Shown in pieces: positions 32,122-43,600 of a DNA stretch of 64,000 nt. Made by a program: the position numbers and the translations under genes. The notes beneath the pieces are model-generated. The model had not been told where the DNA came from. It was given only the letters and a program-made list of their open reading frames with translations, and made no database searches. The first letter of the stretch is position 1; each line of letters begins with the position of its first letter. The DNA is from Thecamonas trahens ATCC 50062 (taxonomy: Eukaryota; Protista; Apusomonadida), in assembly GCF_000142905.1 (NCBI RefSeq), contig NW_013657676.1, forward strand, positions 600,085 through 664,084, written 5' to 3'.

Positions 32122-33315
32122 ATGTCTGCAAGTCTTAGCCTTGCGCTCGAAGAGCTGGGGTGTCCCTATTGGGAGAGCGTGACCTTTGACGGCGGCGAAG
32201 CGGCAGCGGCAAGGCCAAGTCGCCTTCGTGCCCTGGCCTGGCTGGTCTCTGTCTGCGATGCGCGTGCGCTTCCTCGTGATCGGCTGGGCGCCGTGAGCCG
32301 CGACGAGTTACTCCTTCCGCTGAGGATCCTGGGTCTCGGAGGCGTGCTGAAGGCGCGCGCGCGTGTGCTGGACCTGCCGGAAGCGGCGGCGGACCACGCG
32401 AGTCTAGTCGGCATGCTGGTGGAAGAGCGGCTGCCCAAGTCGATTGATCTGTTCGGCTGGCAGTGGCTCGTCAAGCTGGCCAAGGTCGAGATCGACAACG
32501 AGATAGCTGCTGCAAATGCTGTGGTTGCAGCCGACGACGCAGACGTGGTGGACGGCCGCGGATGGGACGCTGCCTACGTCCGCACGCCTGGATCCGAGGC
32601 CGCCGGGCTCCTCGCAAATGAGCGAAAGCAGCTCGCAGCTCGCACCGACGACTTTGGCGCCGCACTGCTGCGGCAGATTGCCGCCGACGCCCAGTCGATC
32701 TTTGATCCGGAGACTGGCCTGCAAGCCGTCATGCGCGAGGCTGGCATTGAGCCAGTGTCGCTTCCCCCACCAGCCCGTAAGCCGGGCCACGTCGTGCCGG
32801 TCGACCTTGAGCGAGTCGAAGCCCTTCGCGCTGCTGCTCAGTTGGAGACCGTCGCCGCCAACGAGGCGGCGAGTAAGGCGGCGGCGAGAGCTCACGCCGC
32901 GGCGGTTGCCGAGGCCAAGGCCATCGCCGGTGCACAGGACCGCAACGAGAATGAGGTGACTGCGGCGGTGCAGCCGCACGAGGCGCTTGCCGACGTCCTC
33001 ACTCGGCTCTCGGCCAAGATCGACGCTGTGGTTGCCATCCGCGACTCTGCGTACAAGCCGTGGCTCACGCCGGGCGCCCTCACCCCGCCAACGCCGTCGC
33101 CACTCTCATCGGCGGTCGTCGAACTTGGGCCGGCCTTCGACCGCCTCGGCCAATACCTCAGCGACGTCCATGCCATCACCTCGTCTGCCCATGCTCTCCC
33201 GGCCCGGCTTGACGCCGCGCTCGGCGAGCTCGAGACCGATCCCCTCCTCGCCCCCGCCACCACCGCACCTCTTGTCGAGCGAACTCGCATCCTCCGTCGC
33301 CCCCATGCTTCATAG
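32122..33315 (+). CDS. Probable augmin subunit HAUS7/AUG7-like protein
   Basis: N-terminal 'LEELGCPYWE...PSRLRALAWL', a coiled coil, and 'YKPW...LGQYLSDV' resemble the recalled HAUS7/AUG7 pattern. Remote similarity only. Confidence 0.45.
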   Translation: MSASLSLALEELGCPYWESVTFDGGEAAAARPSRLRALAWLVSVCDARALPRDRLGAVSRDELLLPLRILGLGGVLKARARVLDLPEAAADHASLVGMLVEERLPKSIDLFGWQWLVKLAKVEIDNEIAAANAVVAADDADVVDGRGWDAAYVRTPGSEAAGLLANERKQLAARTDDFGAALLRQIAADAQSIFDPETGLQAVMREAGIEPVSLPPPARKPGHVVPVDLERVEALRAAAQLETVAANEAASKAAARAHAAAVAEAKAIAGAQDRNENEVTAAVQPHEALADVLTRLSAKIDAVVAIRDSAYKPWLTPGALTPPTPSPLSSAVVELGPAFDRLGQYLSDVHAITSSAHALPARLDAALGELETDPLLAPATTAPLVERTRILRRPHAS

Positions 33316-33526
33316 TCTGGTCACTCATTCAGCAGAGCACGTCCAGCTGTGCGTCCGTCAGGTACAGATCAGAAGCGAAGTTGTGCAACAAAATTCCCAA
33401 GCTGACCAAGTCCAAGTCCAAGAGCAAGGCAAGAGCAGCAACAGGAGCAGGAGCAGGAGCAAGAGCAGGAGTAAGAACAAACCCACCCACTCCACTCTCC
33501 TCTTTCCGTACCTGACCACCTTTACC

Positions 33527-35967
33527 ATGGTACGACTCCCTCTCCTTCCCCCTCCTCCTCCTCCTCGTCCCTTTCCCCCTGCTCTTGCCCTCCCCCCCCC
33601 CCCCCTTCCCTGCATGTGTGCTTTCTGCAAAGACGCGCGCCCAACAGACGGTGGTGGAGGCATGGCCACCAACAGCCACCCACCCACACCCATGCAAATG
33701 GACACACCCACACGCACGCACCCACACACACACATATGACACACACACACACACACACACTCACGCTCTAGCTTATTGCAACCATATGTGGGTGGTGGGT
33801 GGTTGTCCTCCTCTCTCTCTCTCTCTCTCTCTCGCATTCTTTCCCCGCTCTCCGTCGTGTGTGTTGGTTGACACCGGTCTGCTGAATGTGGCACGGATGA
33901 TGTGCTTGACGATGGCAACTCGGTTGGCTACCATCTGCTTGTTCGCTTGCTACCGTTCCGCCTGCTACCCCCTACCGTCTGGTATTTCACACCTCCTCCT
34001 CTCCACTAATGGGGGTACAGGCGCGTGAGGAGCTCGAGGCGCTCATGGCCGAGAAGATGGAGCTCAAGAACAAGATCAAGAAGGCAAAGGCTGCAGGCTC
34101 TCCGCCAGAGATCATCCAGCCCATTTACGACCGCTACACTGAGGTCAAGGCGGCCATCGACGGCATTAACGCGGCAGACTCGGCCCGCGAGGCCGAAGAG
34201 GCCAAGGCGGCGACGGTCGACTTTTCCGGCCGGGCTGGGTATGCCGACTCGCCGATCAACGTGGCGGCGCTCTCACCGTCGCGCGAGTCGGCAGCAGCGC
34301 GGTACACACTTGCCGAGCTCAACGCCGAAAAGGCGCGGCTGAAGGGAGCCGTGCGTGACGCCAAGGTCTCGGGTGCCGCGCCCGAGATTATTCAGCCGAT
34401 CTATGACGAGTACACCCGAATCAAGAACCTGATCGATGAGTGGAACCCGGCGGAGCCGCCGCTCAAGCCAGGCGCGTCGGCGGCGCCGGCCGAGCCCGAG
34501 TCGGCTGCCCATACGGCAGCGGCGTCAGAGCCGGCACCCGTGGCGATGGCACAGGCAGCGCCGGCAAGCACGACGGCGGCGCCGGTCGTCGCGCCGATGC
34601 CGGAGCCTATTCCCGAGCCCGTGCTTGTTGAGGTGGTGGCTGCGCCAGCCGACGACGTCGAGAGCGACGCCGGGAGCGCAACGCCGACGACTGCACAGGC
34701 GCCCAGCCTCGGTGCCGTCGCGCCAGCCGAGCCCGGGCCCGAGCCCGAGAGCGAAGAGACCGACGCGCCGGAGATCATCGAGGGTGAGCTCGAAGTTGAG
34801 GTCATCAAGCGGTTCGGCGGCTTTGCGCTCAAGCCGAGGTATGTGGTGATTGAGGAAGGCGTGAAGCGCGACGAGACTGAAGTGGTGGTGTACAAAAGCG
34901 CAGCCAAGGAGAAGGAGAAGATGCGGATCTCCGTCCTTGGCGTACACCTGCGGCCAGTGGTCGGCGAGGCCGACGGCCAGGCGACATCCGGATTCGAGAT
35001 CCTGCAGGGCCGCGGGCTGGGCAAGGGCATTGTGTTCATGGCGGCGACCAAGGCGCTGGCCAAGGCGTGGTTCCGGTCGCTGTGGAAGCTCATCAAGGGC
35101 ATCGAGAATGAGTACCGGGCGCAGCTGTTTGTGCCTCGTGCGCCCGACGGGTTCAACGGCAAGGTCCTCCACATGGAGTGGATGGAGGTACTGCTCAAGT
35201 CCGAATGGGAGTGGCGGTTCTTTGTGCTCTCCGACTTCTGCCTCGCCTTTTACGACACCTTCCCCGAGAGCAACGACGCGCTGACACTGCCCGAGGCCGT
35301 GCTCAAGGTCGGGACGCGGACGCCGACGTCAGCCTCGCCGTACGCCTTTCCGTTTGTCGGCTCGCTCCTCCGCAAGGAGCCGAGCTCCGAGTACGCGCGG
35401 CGGCACGTCTTTACCATGACCTCGCCGCAGGGCGTGCTGCTCGCCATTGCGGCGTACTCTGACCAGCGGCACGCCCAGTGGGTCTCGGGCCTCGACATCA
35501 CGTCACGCAAGGCCCTGACGACGACGCTGGAGAACGACGGTGAGATTGCCTTTCCGGGATTCCTTGTCCAGTCCGGCAAGGCCGACTCGCCTGTCGAGCT
35601 CGTTGTCCTCTCGCCGACACGACTCGCCATGCGTCGCAAGGCCGACGCCGACGCCTCGGCCTCGCGCCCGGCGGCCTCGCCGCTCTTCCACATGGACCTT
35701 GAGCTCGAGATCGAGACCGAGGACACTATCCTCTGGGAGCACTCGTTCTCGCAGCTCAAGCAGTTCAAGCGCGACCACTCGGAGATCAAGCTCGACTTTG
35801 ACAAGTGGCAGCCGGGCGAGATCGTTTTCCGCACCAACGCCACCCACGCCGTCTCCAACCTCCTCGCCACCCTCCTTGTCGAGGCGGCGAGGCGGTCCAA
35901 GTCGCGCAAAAAGTCCAAGTCCAAGTCCAAGTCCAAGTCGCGGGCAAAGTCCAAGGCCAATGCGTAG
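33527..35967 (+). CDS. Adaptor with two helical repeats, two PH domains and a C-terminal talin-F3/IRS-like PTB domain; join(33527..33529,34021..35967)
   Basis: ATG|GTACGA donor, ACTAAT branch and CAG acceptor at 34020. PH features: 'KPRYVVI...FMAATKALAKAWFRSL' and 'WEWRFFVLSDFCLAFYD...AQWVSGL'. C-terminal 'EHSFSQLKQF..IKLDFDKWQPG..FRT..VSNLLA'. Confidence 0.75.
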
Positions 35968-36139
35968 TAAACGACGACGTGATTCAGGCTGCCGCCGCGA
36001 GGACGAGCCCGCCACGCGCGTCCCGGCACCCGGCATGCAGCTGCCCTACCTGACCTCCTGCTTCCGGGCCCGGGTCCGGCCCCAGGTCGCCCCGGCCCCG
36101 GTGCGCGAGACCGGTGATACTGATCGCGGGGCCGGACAG

Positions 36140-36619
36140 CTACAACAGCGCTTCGTCCTTGAGGGCAAAGCTGACCTTGCAGCCACACTCCGAGTCAGCG
36201 AGGTTGTTGTTGAGGACTTCGAAACCCTTCTTGCGGATGGTGTTGATGTGCTCGAGGACGGAGCCCTTGCCGAGGCAGGAGAGAGAGACAGCATCAACGA
36301 CGACCTTTGCGCCGTCCTTCTCAAACACCTCATCATCATCATTAATATCATGGGTAAGCTCAAAGGTGTATGCAAAGCCATGGCAGCCCTGGCCTCCAGC
36401 AACACCCATTCTCAGCGCAACAGGTGCTTGGCCATTCTCTCCGCCCTCGTCAATAGCTTGACCCACAAGCTCCTTGACTGCCTTGGCTGACGCGTCCGAG
36501 ACCACCACATGCGGCGTTTGCGTAGCATGCCCACGCCAAAGCATACTTCCCACTCCGCCGACCCCAGCCATTCCAGACCCCATCATCGTCGTTGTGAGCA
36601 CACTTCCCATACGCAGCAT
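36140..36619 (-). CDS. Mitochondrial A-type Fe-S cluster assembly protein (HesB/IscA family, ISCA2-like)
   Basis: 'LRMGVAGGQGCHGFAYTF', 'DDEVFEKDGAKVVVD' and 'CGCKVSF' (three conserved Cys), with a presequence-like N-terminus. Confidence 0.88.
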   Translation of the reverse strand: MLRMGSVLTTTMMGSGMAGVGGVGSMLWRGHATQTPHVVVSDASAKAVKELVGQAIDEGGENGQAPVALRMGVAGGQGCHGFAYTFELTHDINDDDEVFEKDGAKVVVDAVSLSCLGKGSVLEHINTIRKKGFEVLNNNLADSECGCKVSFALKDEALL

Positions 36620-36880
36620 CTTTGAATGTGTAGCGTTAGCGTCAAGTGTGGGTTCGTCTGAGTGGGTGGGGGTGGGTGGGTGCGGCGGTGGTGTCGCTCC
36701 GCCTGGCTCGACGGCTTTGAGTTTTCCTCGCACGTACGACTCCGCTGGCCTCCCGTGCCAGCACATTGTGTCAATCAGCACGGTGATCTTGCTTGTGAAG
36801 GGGGAATTCGGTCGTCGTGCTCCCATCTTTGATGACGACTCGGTTTAGCAGGTCGGGACGGGCCATGTGAGGGGAATAGC

Positions 36881-38365
36881 TCACTCGGCGGCCATCCGGC
36901 GGACGATAAAGGCAATTGCTTCGTCAGAGTCAGAGTCGGACGAGTGCATGTCCAAGTCGGCGTCGTCGCAGTCAGAGTTGTCGCTGTCCGAGTCGGCGAT
37001 GGTGACGCGGGCAAGCGAGTCGGCGACGGCGTCCAGAGAAGTCACAATCTTCCTCTTCTCATCATCATCATCATCACCCTCATCATCATCATCGAAGGCA
37101 GAGGCAACGGGTGCGCACGAAGTTGCGACGGTCACAGTCGATGTGATGGCGCCCTTTTTCTTGGCTGTAGCCGTGGAACGCGCCCGGCGGAGTGTCCTCG
37201 GTGGGCCATTCTTCGGTGCCGCGCGCGCCGAAGCCGGCAGCACCTCGGTGCGGCTCGACTGCTTCTTGGCCTTCTTCCCGGTGCCAACCCGGAGGACCTT
37301 ACGCTCTGCAGCGGCGCCGACTGCACGGTCGCGGCCCGGGGCTGCCGCCGCGGCAGCTCGTGGAGGGCCACTGTTCCCGCGCCCGCGTCCGCGCTCGCGC
37401 GGCCGACTGAACTGCGACTTGCGGCGCGCGTGCGGCGCGGACGATCCCGCCATGCCACCGCCTCTGGACCTCCCGGCGGTCGGCATGCCTTGCGCAGACG
37501 GGGCCATCCGCGTCGCGTGCAGGTCGGGATGCAGCTTGGGCTGAGGAGGTGCAAGCGGCGCTGGCGGCGGCATCGCCATTGCAGAGGCAGGTGTGGCCGA
37601 CGGAGGTGCAGGCGGGCCGGCAAACGCATGTGCCGGTGCCGCCATCAAAGGGAGGCCGACCGAGAGGTCATCGTCGTCGGTGGCAACGCAATCCATCAGC
37701 TCGTTCTCAGCAGGGGCTGGAGCAAGCCCGCCCGCGCCGAGGATGTCGCCGGGCGAGATGTGGCCCAAACCCGCCAGTGGCGAGCCCAGCACCATGTCGC
37801 CGGTGGTGCCAAACGGCGGCAGCGGCTCAATGGCGCTGATGGCAAAGCCGGTGTGCTGGGGACCCTCTTCGGGCGTCTGCGAGTAGCTCCTGCCGTCCTG
37901 CGACGAGCCTGGAGCGCCCGACGGAAACGGCAGCGGGCCCGGGAGAAAGGCATCAGCATTGAGCATGCCATCTGCGCCAAAGCCACTGCCAGCTGTTGAG
38001 CCACTGGCAGCATTGGTCGCGGTTGAAGGGTAGCTCGTGGTAGGCGGGAGCGAGAGATCAATGTGGCCGAGATCGGGATGATTGTCATCGATGACAAGAT
38101 CAATGAGGTCATAGGGATCTTGGCGAAGAGATTGACCTCTCAGTTGACGAATGGTATCAATGGCCGACTGTAGAGTCTCCTTGGTCTTGGTCTTGGCAGG
38201 CAAGCCGAGTACAGCATTGAGTTCACCAAAGAGTCCCTTGACCTCTGAGCGGAGCTTCCTCAGACGAACACGTTGCTTGGCCAGAACATCCGCCTTGCCC
38301 ACCGTAGTGCTTCCAGTTCCGTTCTTGGATGGTGTATGCTTTATCTTGCCTGTATGGCTGTGCAT
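36881..38365 (-). CDS. bHLH-like transcription factor with a long low-complexity tail
   Basis: 'RSEVKGLFGELNAVL-loop-TKETLQSAIDTIRQL' fits helix1-loop-helix2. The start could lie further upstream in frame. Confidence 0.6.
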   Translation of the reverse strand: MHSHTGKIKHTPSKNGTGSTTVGKADVLAKQRVRLRKLRSEVKGLFGELNAVLGLPAKTKTKETLQSAIDTIRQLRGQSLRQDPYDLIDLVIDDNHPDLGHIDLSLPPTTSYPSTATNAASGSTAGSGFGADGMLNADAFLPGPLPFPSGAPGSSQDGRSYSQTPEEGPQHTGFAISAIEPLPPFGTTGDMVLGSPLAGLGHISPGDILGAGGLAPAPAENELMDCVATDDDDLSVGLPLMAAPAHAFAGPPAPPSATPASAMAMPPPAPLAPPQPKLHPDLHATRMAPSAQGMPTAGRSRGGGMAGSSAPHARRKSQFSRPRERGRGRGNSGPPRAAAAAAPGRDRAVGAAAERKVLRVGTGKKAKKQSSRTEVLPASARAAPKNGPPRTLRRARSTATAKKKGAITSTVTVATSCAPVASAFDDDDEGDDDDDEKRKIVTSLDAVADSLARVTIADSDSDNSDCDDADLDMHSSDSDSDEAIAFIVRRMAAE

Positions 38366-38566
38366 CTTCCTTCCTCTCTCTCTCTTTCTCTCTGTCCTTG
38401 TCCTTCTTCTCCACCGTATGCCTCTGAGACTTGCTTGGGTGAAGTCAGGTGGCGTCGTTCGCGTCCGTCTCGGCATCCGGTTCCGCCACCGGCGCCGCAT
38501 GCCAACAACAACTCGCCTGTTTCGCTCGTCACAGATCATTTTAGCAGAAAAGCAGGCAAGGGCTGG

Positions 38567-39888
38567 CTACGGGTGCTTGGCAAGCGAGGCGGCGACGGTG
38601 GCGGCAGCATCGGCAAACGAGTCAACGCAGGTAGAGAGCGAGGCGTAGGCCTTGTCAAAGGCATTGGCGTCGACGTCATCGGCTGCGAGGACGGCGGCGA
38701 CCGGGGCGTACTCGGCGGGACAGACGACCTTGCCGACGCAGAGCGCCATGGCCATGCCGCCCTGGCCCAGCTCGCCGGCGACGTCTTCGCCGGCGTCGGC
38801 GCGGGCCTCGAGCGCAGCAAGCGTCTCCATGTGGGACGAGCAGGCGAGCTCGATCCGCGAGGTGATGGAGGCGGCAGCTTCGGCCGAGAGCGGCTCGCCC
38901 GGGGTGTAGACCGGAACGCCAGCATCCGCGCCCTCAAGCTTGGAGCCTGCAGCCGGGTGCGGGTTGCGGGAGCCAGCGACGCTAGCGGCCGGCGGGCCTG
39001 GCCAAGCATGCGCTTGAAGGCCATCTTGGTCACGTCCCACGCCGCCGTCGGCGAGTCGAGGGCCGGGCGAACCACCATGGTGATGGACTTGATAGAGTCC
39101 ACGTCATGGAGCTCGGGCATCTGGTCGGCCTCGCTCGCCTCCTCCGAGTAGTAGTAGTCGATGATGTAGCGGACGTGGGTGCCGCAGCGGTCGACGACCC
39201 AGTCGTGCCGATCAAACGGCTTCGGCCCGCCGAGAGCAGCCACCATGCGGGCCCGCGGCGAGAGCTCGTGCGGACGGCCGCAGAACTTGAGCAGCTTGGG
39301 GCAATCGCACTCGTCACCGTGGAACATGGCCTCCCACTCCTCGACCATCCGCCACGTCCGCTCATTCATGTTGTTGTGGATGGCAACGACGGCAGCGGCG
39401 TGGTCCTCGGTCATATCGCCGAGTTTGCCCTTGCGCGCCAGCGCGTTGTAGAACATCTGCGGCGAGGGGAAGGTCCACGTCCCATCGGTCCCGCCCTTCG
39501 GAATGGAGCTCACCACCCGCTCGGTCGGGATCTCCTTGGTCTGGCCTTCGGCCGGCGCCTGGTTCGGGTTGAACGGCATGTTGTTGTCCGGGTTGATCTG
39601 CTGTCCGTACACGTTGTACACCACATTGCCCTGCGCATCCACATGCCGCACAGGACATCCACCTCCGCTCTCCTTTTCAGCATCGCTTCCGCTCGCGGCA
39701 GCGCCGTTCGATCCGCTGCTCGTCGATGACGACGACGCCTGGCCCGACTTGCCGGCAGAGCCAAAGCCGAGCGGGCACGAGCCACCGTCAGCCGCGCTGC
39801 TGGCGTCAGCTCCGGCTTTCACCGGGCAGCCACCGGCGGTATTCTGCGGCTGGACAGGTGCCTGCTCGGTCGAGCTTGCACCACCCAT
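38567..39888 (-). CDS. HCCS: Holocytochrome c synthase with a C-terminal extension; frame break near 38995
   Basis: MGGASS start; CPV/CPL/CPV heme-regulatory motifs; 'RVVSSIPK', 'WTFPSPQMFYNALARKG', 'IHNNMNERTW', 'PFDRHDWVVDRCG..RYIIDYY' and 'VRPALDS'. Confidence 0.93.
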
Positions 39889-40604
39889 GTCTGTATCTCT
39901 CAAGCTGTTGAGATTGCTCGGAAGTTGGCCTCTGTCTTCTCCATGCCCACACCGGTGAGTCGCGTCAATGAAAGCGAGCGGATGCGCTCCAATCCTCGCC
40001 GCGTCACCGCTGCCACTCTCGCACCACCCAAGCACATCATCTACAATAGCAGCAACATATTCATCCCAACAAGGACACGCACAACTAACATACGAACAAG
40101 ATAACCGCCTCGGATCAAAGAAGTCGAGTTACAAATGCGTCAGGTGTGTCCGCAACTGTGCCCTCCTCACCGCTGTGGCTCGCCAGCCGACGCAGTTTGT
40201 CGCGTCGTGGCTGCTGACTGATCTCAGTGCGTTGGGAGGGAGGGGAGGGGAGGGGTACGGGAAAGGCTCGAATAGACGAACAGGGCAGTGAAAAGGGTGC
40301 TTGTGTAAGGTCCCTAGGGGGCGAGGGCTGATGATGGGCGAGCGTGTTCTGCGCGATACGGGGGCATCTTGTCTGGTCTTAGCGTTCAGAATCATTGATC
40401 ACGTAGCAGAAATGTCATGTTGTGCTGCGCCCTGCATAAGCGTTTGGACGGAGCGATGCGGCGAGGCGGCCGTTAACAGGGACGGACTTAAACCGTGCAT
40501 TTGTGCCACGTACCATCGACGAGGATGCCACCGCGCATGTGGCCGACAATCGAGAATGATCTAAGTGCAGCTGTGGCTTGATCAAGGCGTTGGTGAAGCT
40601 CATC

Positions 40605-43600
40605 ATGACCTCGCCCATGCGATCGGACCGATATCAAGGTAAGCCAGAAGCAAGCCCATCTCACATGACCCACAGTATTAGCAGATGAGATGATTACCAA
40701 GTCGTGCCCCCCACCCAACCCCACCGACGCGCCACCCACCCCATCGAAGCGCCACCCAAATCACGGCATTTGCCATGTCGGCCAATTCCCCGCAACGCAC
40801 GCGGCCGCCGAGACTAACCCCCCCTCCCCCCTACGAGCACCTCTCTCACCCCCTCCCCCCTCCACCCCCTCCACCCCTTCCACCCCCCACCCCCTCCACC
40901 CTTTGTACACCCATGTCCCTCCTCCGACCTAACACCGAAGACGTACCCCCTCGGGCAGTATCAGCCAAAGAAAAGGGTACGCCACCTTGCGCCTGCCCTC
41001 ACTAGTCCTGCCACCTCCTCTCCCTCTCTCCCCACCCGCACCTCCCCCTCCCCCCCTCCCCTCCTCCCCCCCCCTTCTACACAGCCCAGACTGGATCGAT
41101 CGGTGGCGGAACTATGATTGGAATCGGCGGAGGATGGGCTTAGAATGCATGGCAAAGTCATCAAGCGGCTGGAAGTCGTCCTGTTTCAATGATCTGCTCT
41201 TCAACCGACGTGCTCGTCGCACAAGCCACAAGCCACGAGCCACGAGCCGCGAGCCACAAGCGGCGAGCCACGGGCCGCCAGTCTGGGATAGCCAATCGTC
41301 TGCAGTTGACGATATGTTTTGCTCGATTTGTTGCAGCCTCATCGCATGCAGCGATCAAGCTGGAGCCGATGTACAGTGCGCCGGGCGCAACTCACCGATG
41401 TGTGGCGTGGTGTAGGATATGCTCTGTCTGTGTTCGAGTCTGCGATCGAGGACGTGCTAGAGACGCGGTGGTGTATGAAGGTGAAAGAGGGCCAGCTCAA
41501 GCCAAGGCTGTTTATCCTCACGCGGTACCGCATTGCTTTGGCGAGGTTTGGCAGTCGGCGGGGCAAGGGCGCCATCGGAACGGCAGTCCCGCTGACAGGG
41601 GTGGTGAGACTCTCGGGATCGTTGAGAAATGGCCAGTTTGTTGTGGCGTACTCGGGCGTGTGTGTCGGGCGATGGGACCTCCGCTTTGCCTCGTCCGAAG
41701 ACGCCATTTCGGTGGCCAAGATGGTGTTTGACGGCGTCTTTCGCGCCCGCATCGGATGGGAGCTTGACGCCTGCCCTTCGCTCTCGTTCTCCAAGTCGAC
41801 AACGTCGTACTTTCACGACCGGCGCGAGCGCATCGAACTGCCATACGACGGCTTGGCGTACGCGTACCCGGCGTACGCGTGCGGCTACTCGCGCTCGGCA
41901 CCCGACGAGATCGTCATCACCACGCAGCACTTGCTTTACCGCTACCCGCTGGCCGACACCTCAGGCAAACCGGTTCTTCCACTCCGGACCGACGTCCAGT
42001 TTTCAATCGGCAAGGTGGGGACGCTCAAGGGCGCGTCGCTTGACGCCGGCCTCCCGCTTGTCCGTGCGCTAGCCCGCAACCGATGGTTTCGCACCTTTCG
42101 CATCCGTTCCAACTCCAAGTACAAGCACGCGCTCCGGGTTCTCGCTACCACGCTCAAGTACAACACTGCGCTGCAGGGCATCGAAGTCAACCACCCGCCC
42201 GCGGCCAACAAGGTCAAGCTCCTGCTTCTTGCACGCGGCATTGAGTCGAATCCGGGCCTTGTCATCACCACTCTCTCGTTTGTCTCTGTCACGCTCTCGG
42301 CCGTCGCCCATGTGCTCGGACGGGCTCTGATGTCGCTCACACACCTCAAGTGCCTGACGCTCGAAAAGGCCTCGCTGAACGACGCCGGCTTTGTCGACAT
42401 CTTTGGCGCGGCGGCGTCGGCCGAGCCGCCGGCGCTCGCCGGCCTTGTCGCGCTCAACCTTGCTAGCAACGGCTCACTCGGCTACGACGGAGCGGCAGCA
42501 TTCCGCAACTGGCTGACCTCGGGCGCCGGGTCCTCGCTCCGCTCGCTCGTCCTCGACGGGACCATTGTTGGCTTTGACGTCCTCTTTGCCGCCCTCTGCA
42601 CCGGCGACAGCATCCCACTGGAGTTTCTCGACATCTCGGCGTGGCAGATCCCGCACGCTTCGGCCTCGGCCGCCGCGCTGCTGTACACCCAGTCGCCGAC
42701 GCTGAGGGCGCTCTCGCTCGCCAGGGCGCGCGGCATGAACGCGGCATCTGCCGAGGAGCTTGTCAACGCCCTCGGCTCGGGCGAGCTCGTTTGTCCGCGC
42801 AAGCCGCTCTGCCTCGATCTGACCAAGCTCAAGATCTCCAACTGGAGCAGGTTCAGCGGTGCCATGGGCAGACTCAGCGGGCGGCTAACGTCGCTTGTCC
42901 TCGACGACGCGGCGCTCAAGCCGGGCGCCTTTCTGGAGCTCTGCCAGTCGCTGTGCTCTGTGACCTCGCTCAACTCACTCTCGCTCTGCCGCGTTTTCAA
43001 GGGCTCCAAGCACCGCAAGACCATCGGACAGTCGATGGCGCACCTGGCGGCGGTGGTTGCCGCGGTCGACCTGCGTGCGCTCTTTGTCAACGGCAACGGC
43101 TCGTCGGCGGCGCTCGGACTTGCTGGCGCCGAGGCGCTGCTCATTGACGTTCGCTCGCTCGCGTCGCTCGTAACGCTCCACCTCGCCCACAACAACATGA
43201 CAGCCGAGGGCCTCGAGTATGTTGTCCGCCTTGTGTACAGCTCGCGCAACCTGCGGTGCCTCGACATCGACGACAACAAGATTGGGATGGCCGGGCTGGA
43301 GAGCCTCGCTGTCGCCATTGCGCGTTCCGACACCATCATCGCTGCCGAGGTGCCCAAGACCGACGTGTCGGGCATTGAAGACCAGCTGAAGGCGGTCAAG
43401 GTGCCACGGCTACTCGCGGAGAACCAGCGGCGGCTCAACATGTGTCTCGACATCCTGAGGAACACACCCAAGCAGAACCGATTGGCGCTGCTTGACCCGA
43501 GGGCAGCAGCCGACTCGGACGACGAGTCGGACTCGAGCGTGTACGGCGAGGCAGCGGTCGGCCTGGTCGACCCGCTTGGTGCGGCACTGCCAGATGGTTC

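Noticed and set aside
33330-33480. Purine-rich CAGGAG/CAAGTC repeats resembling coding (QVQVQEQ or KSKSK)
   Set aside because: No start or splice context could be established; treated as low-complexity leader sequence.
41222-41272. 7-bp GAGCCAC-like repeat, plus (CA)n/(TC)n/(TG)n microsatellites near 31535, 33725, 33810, 46175 and 47656
   Set aside because: Ordinary intronic simple repeats with no evidence of function.
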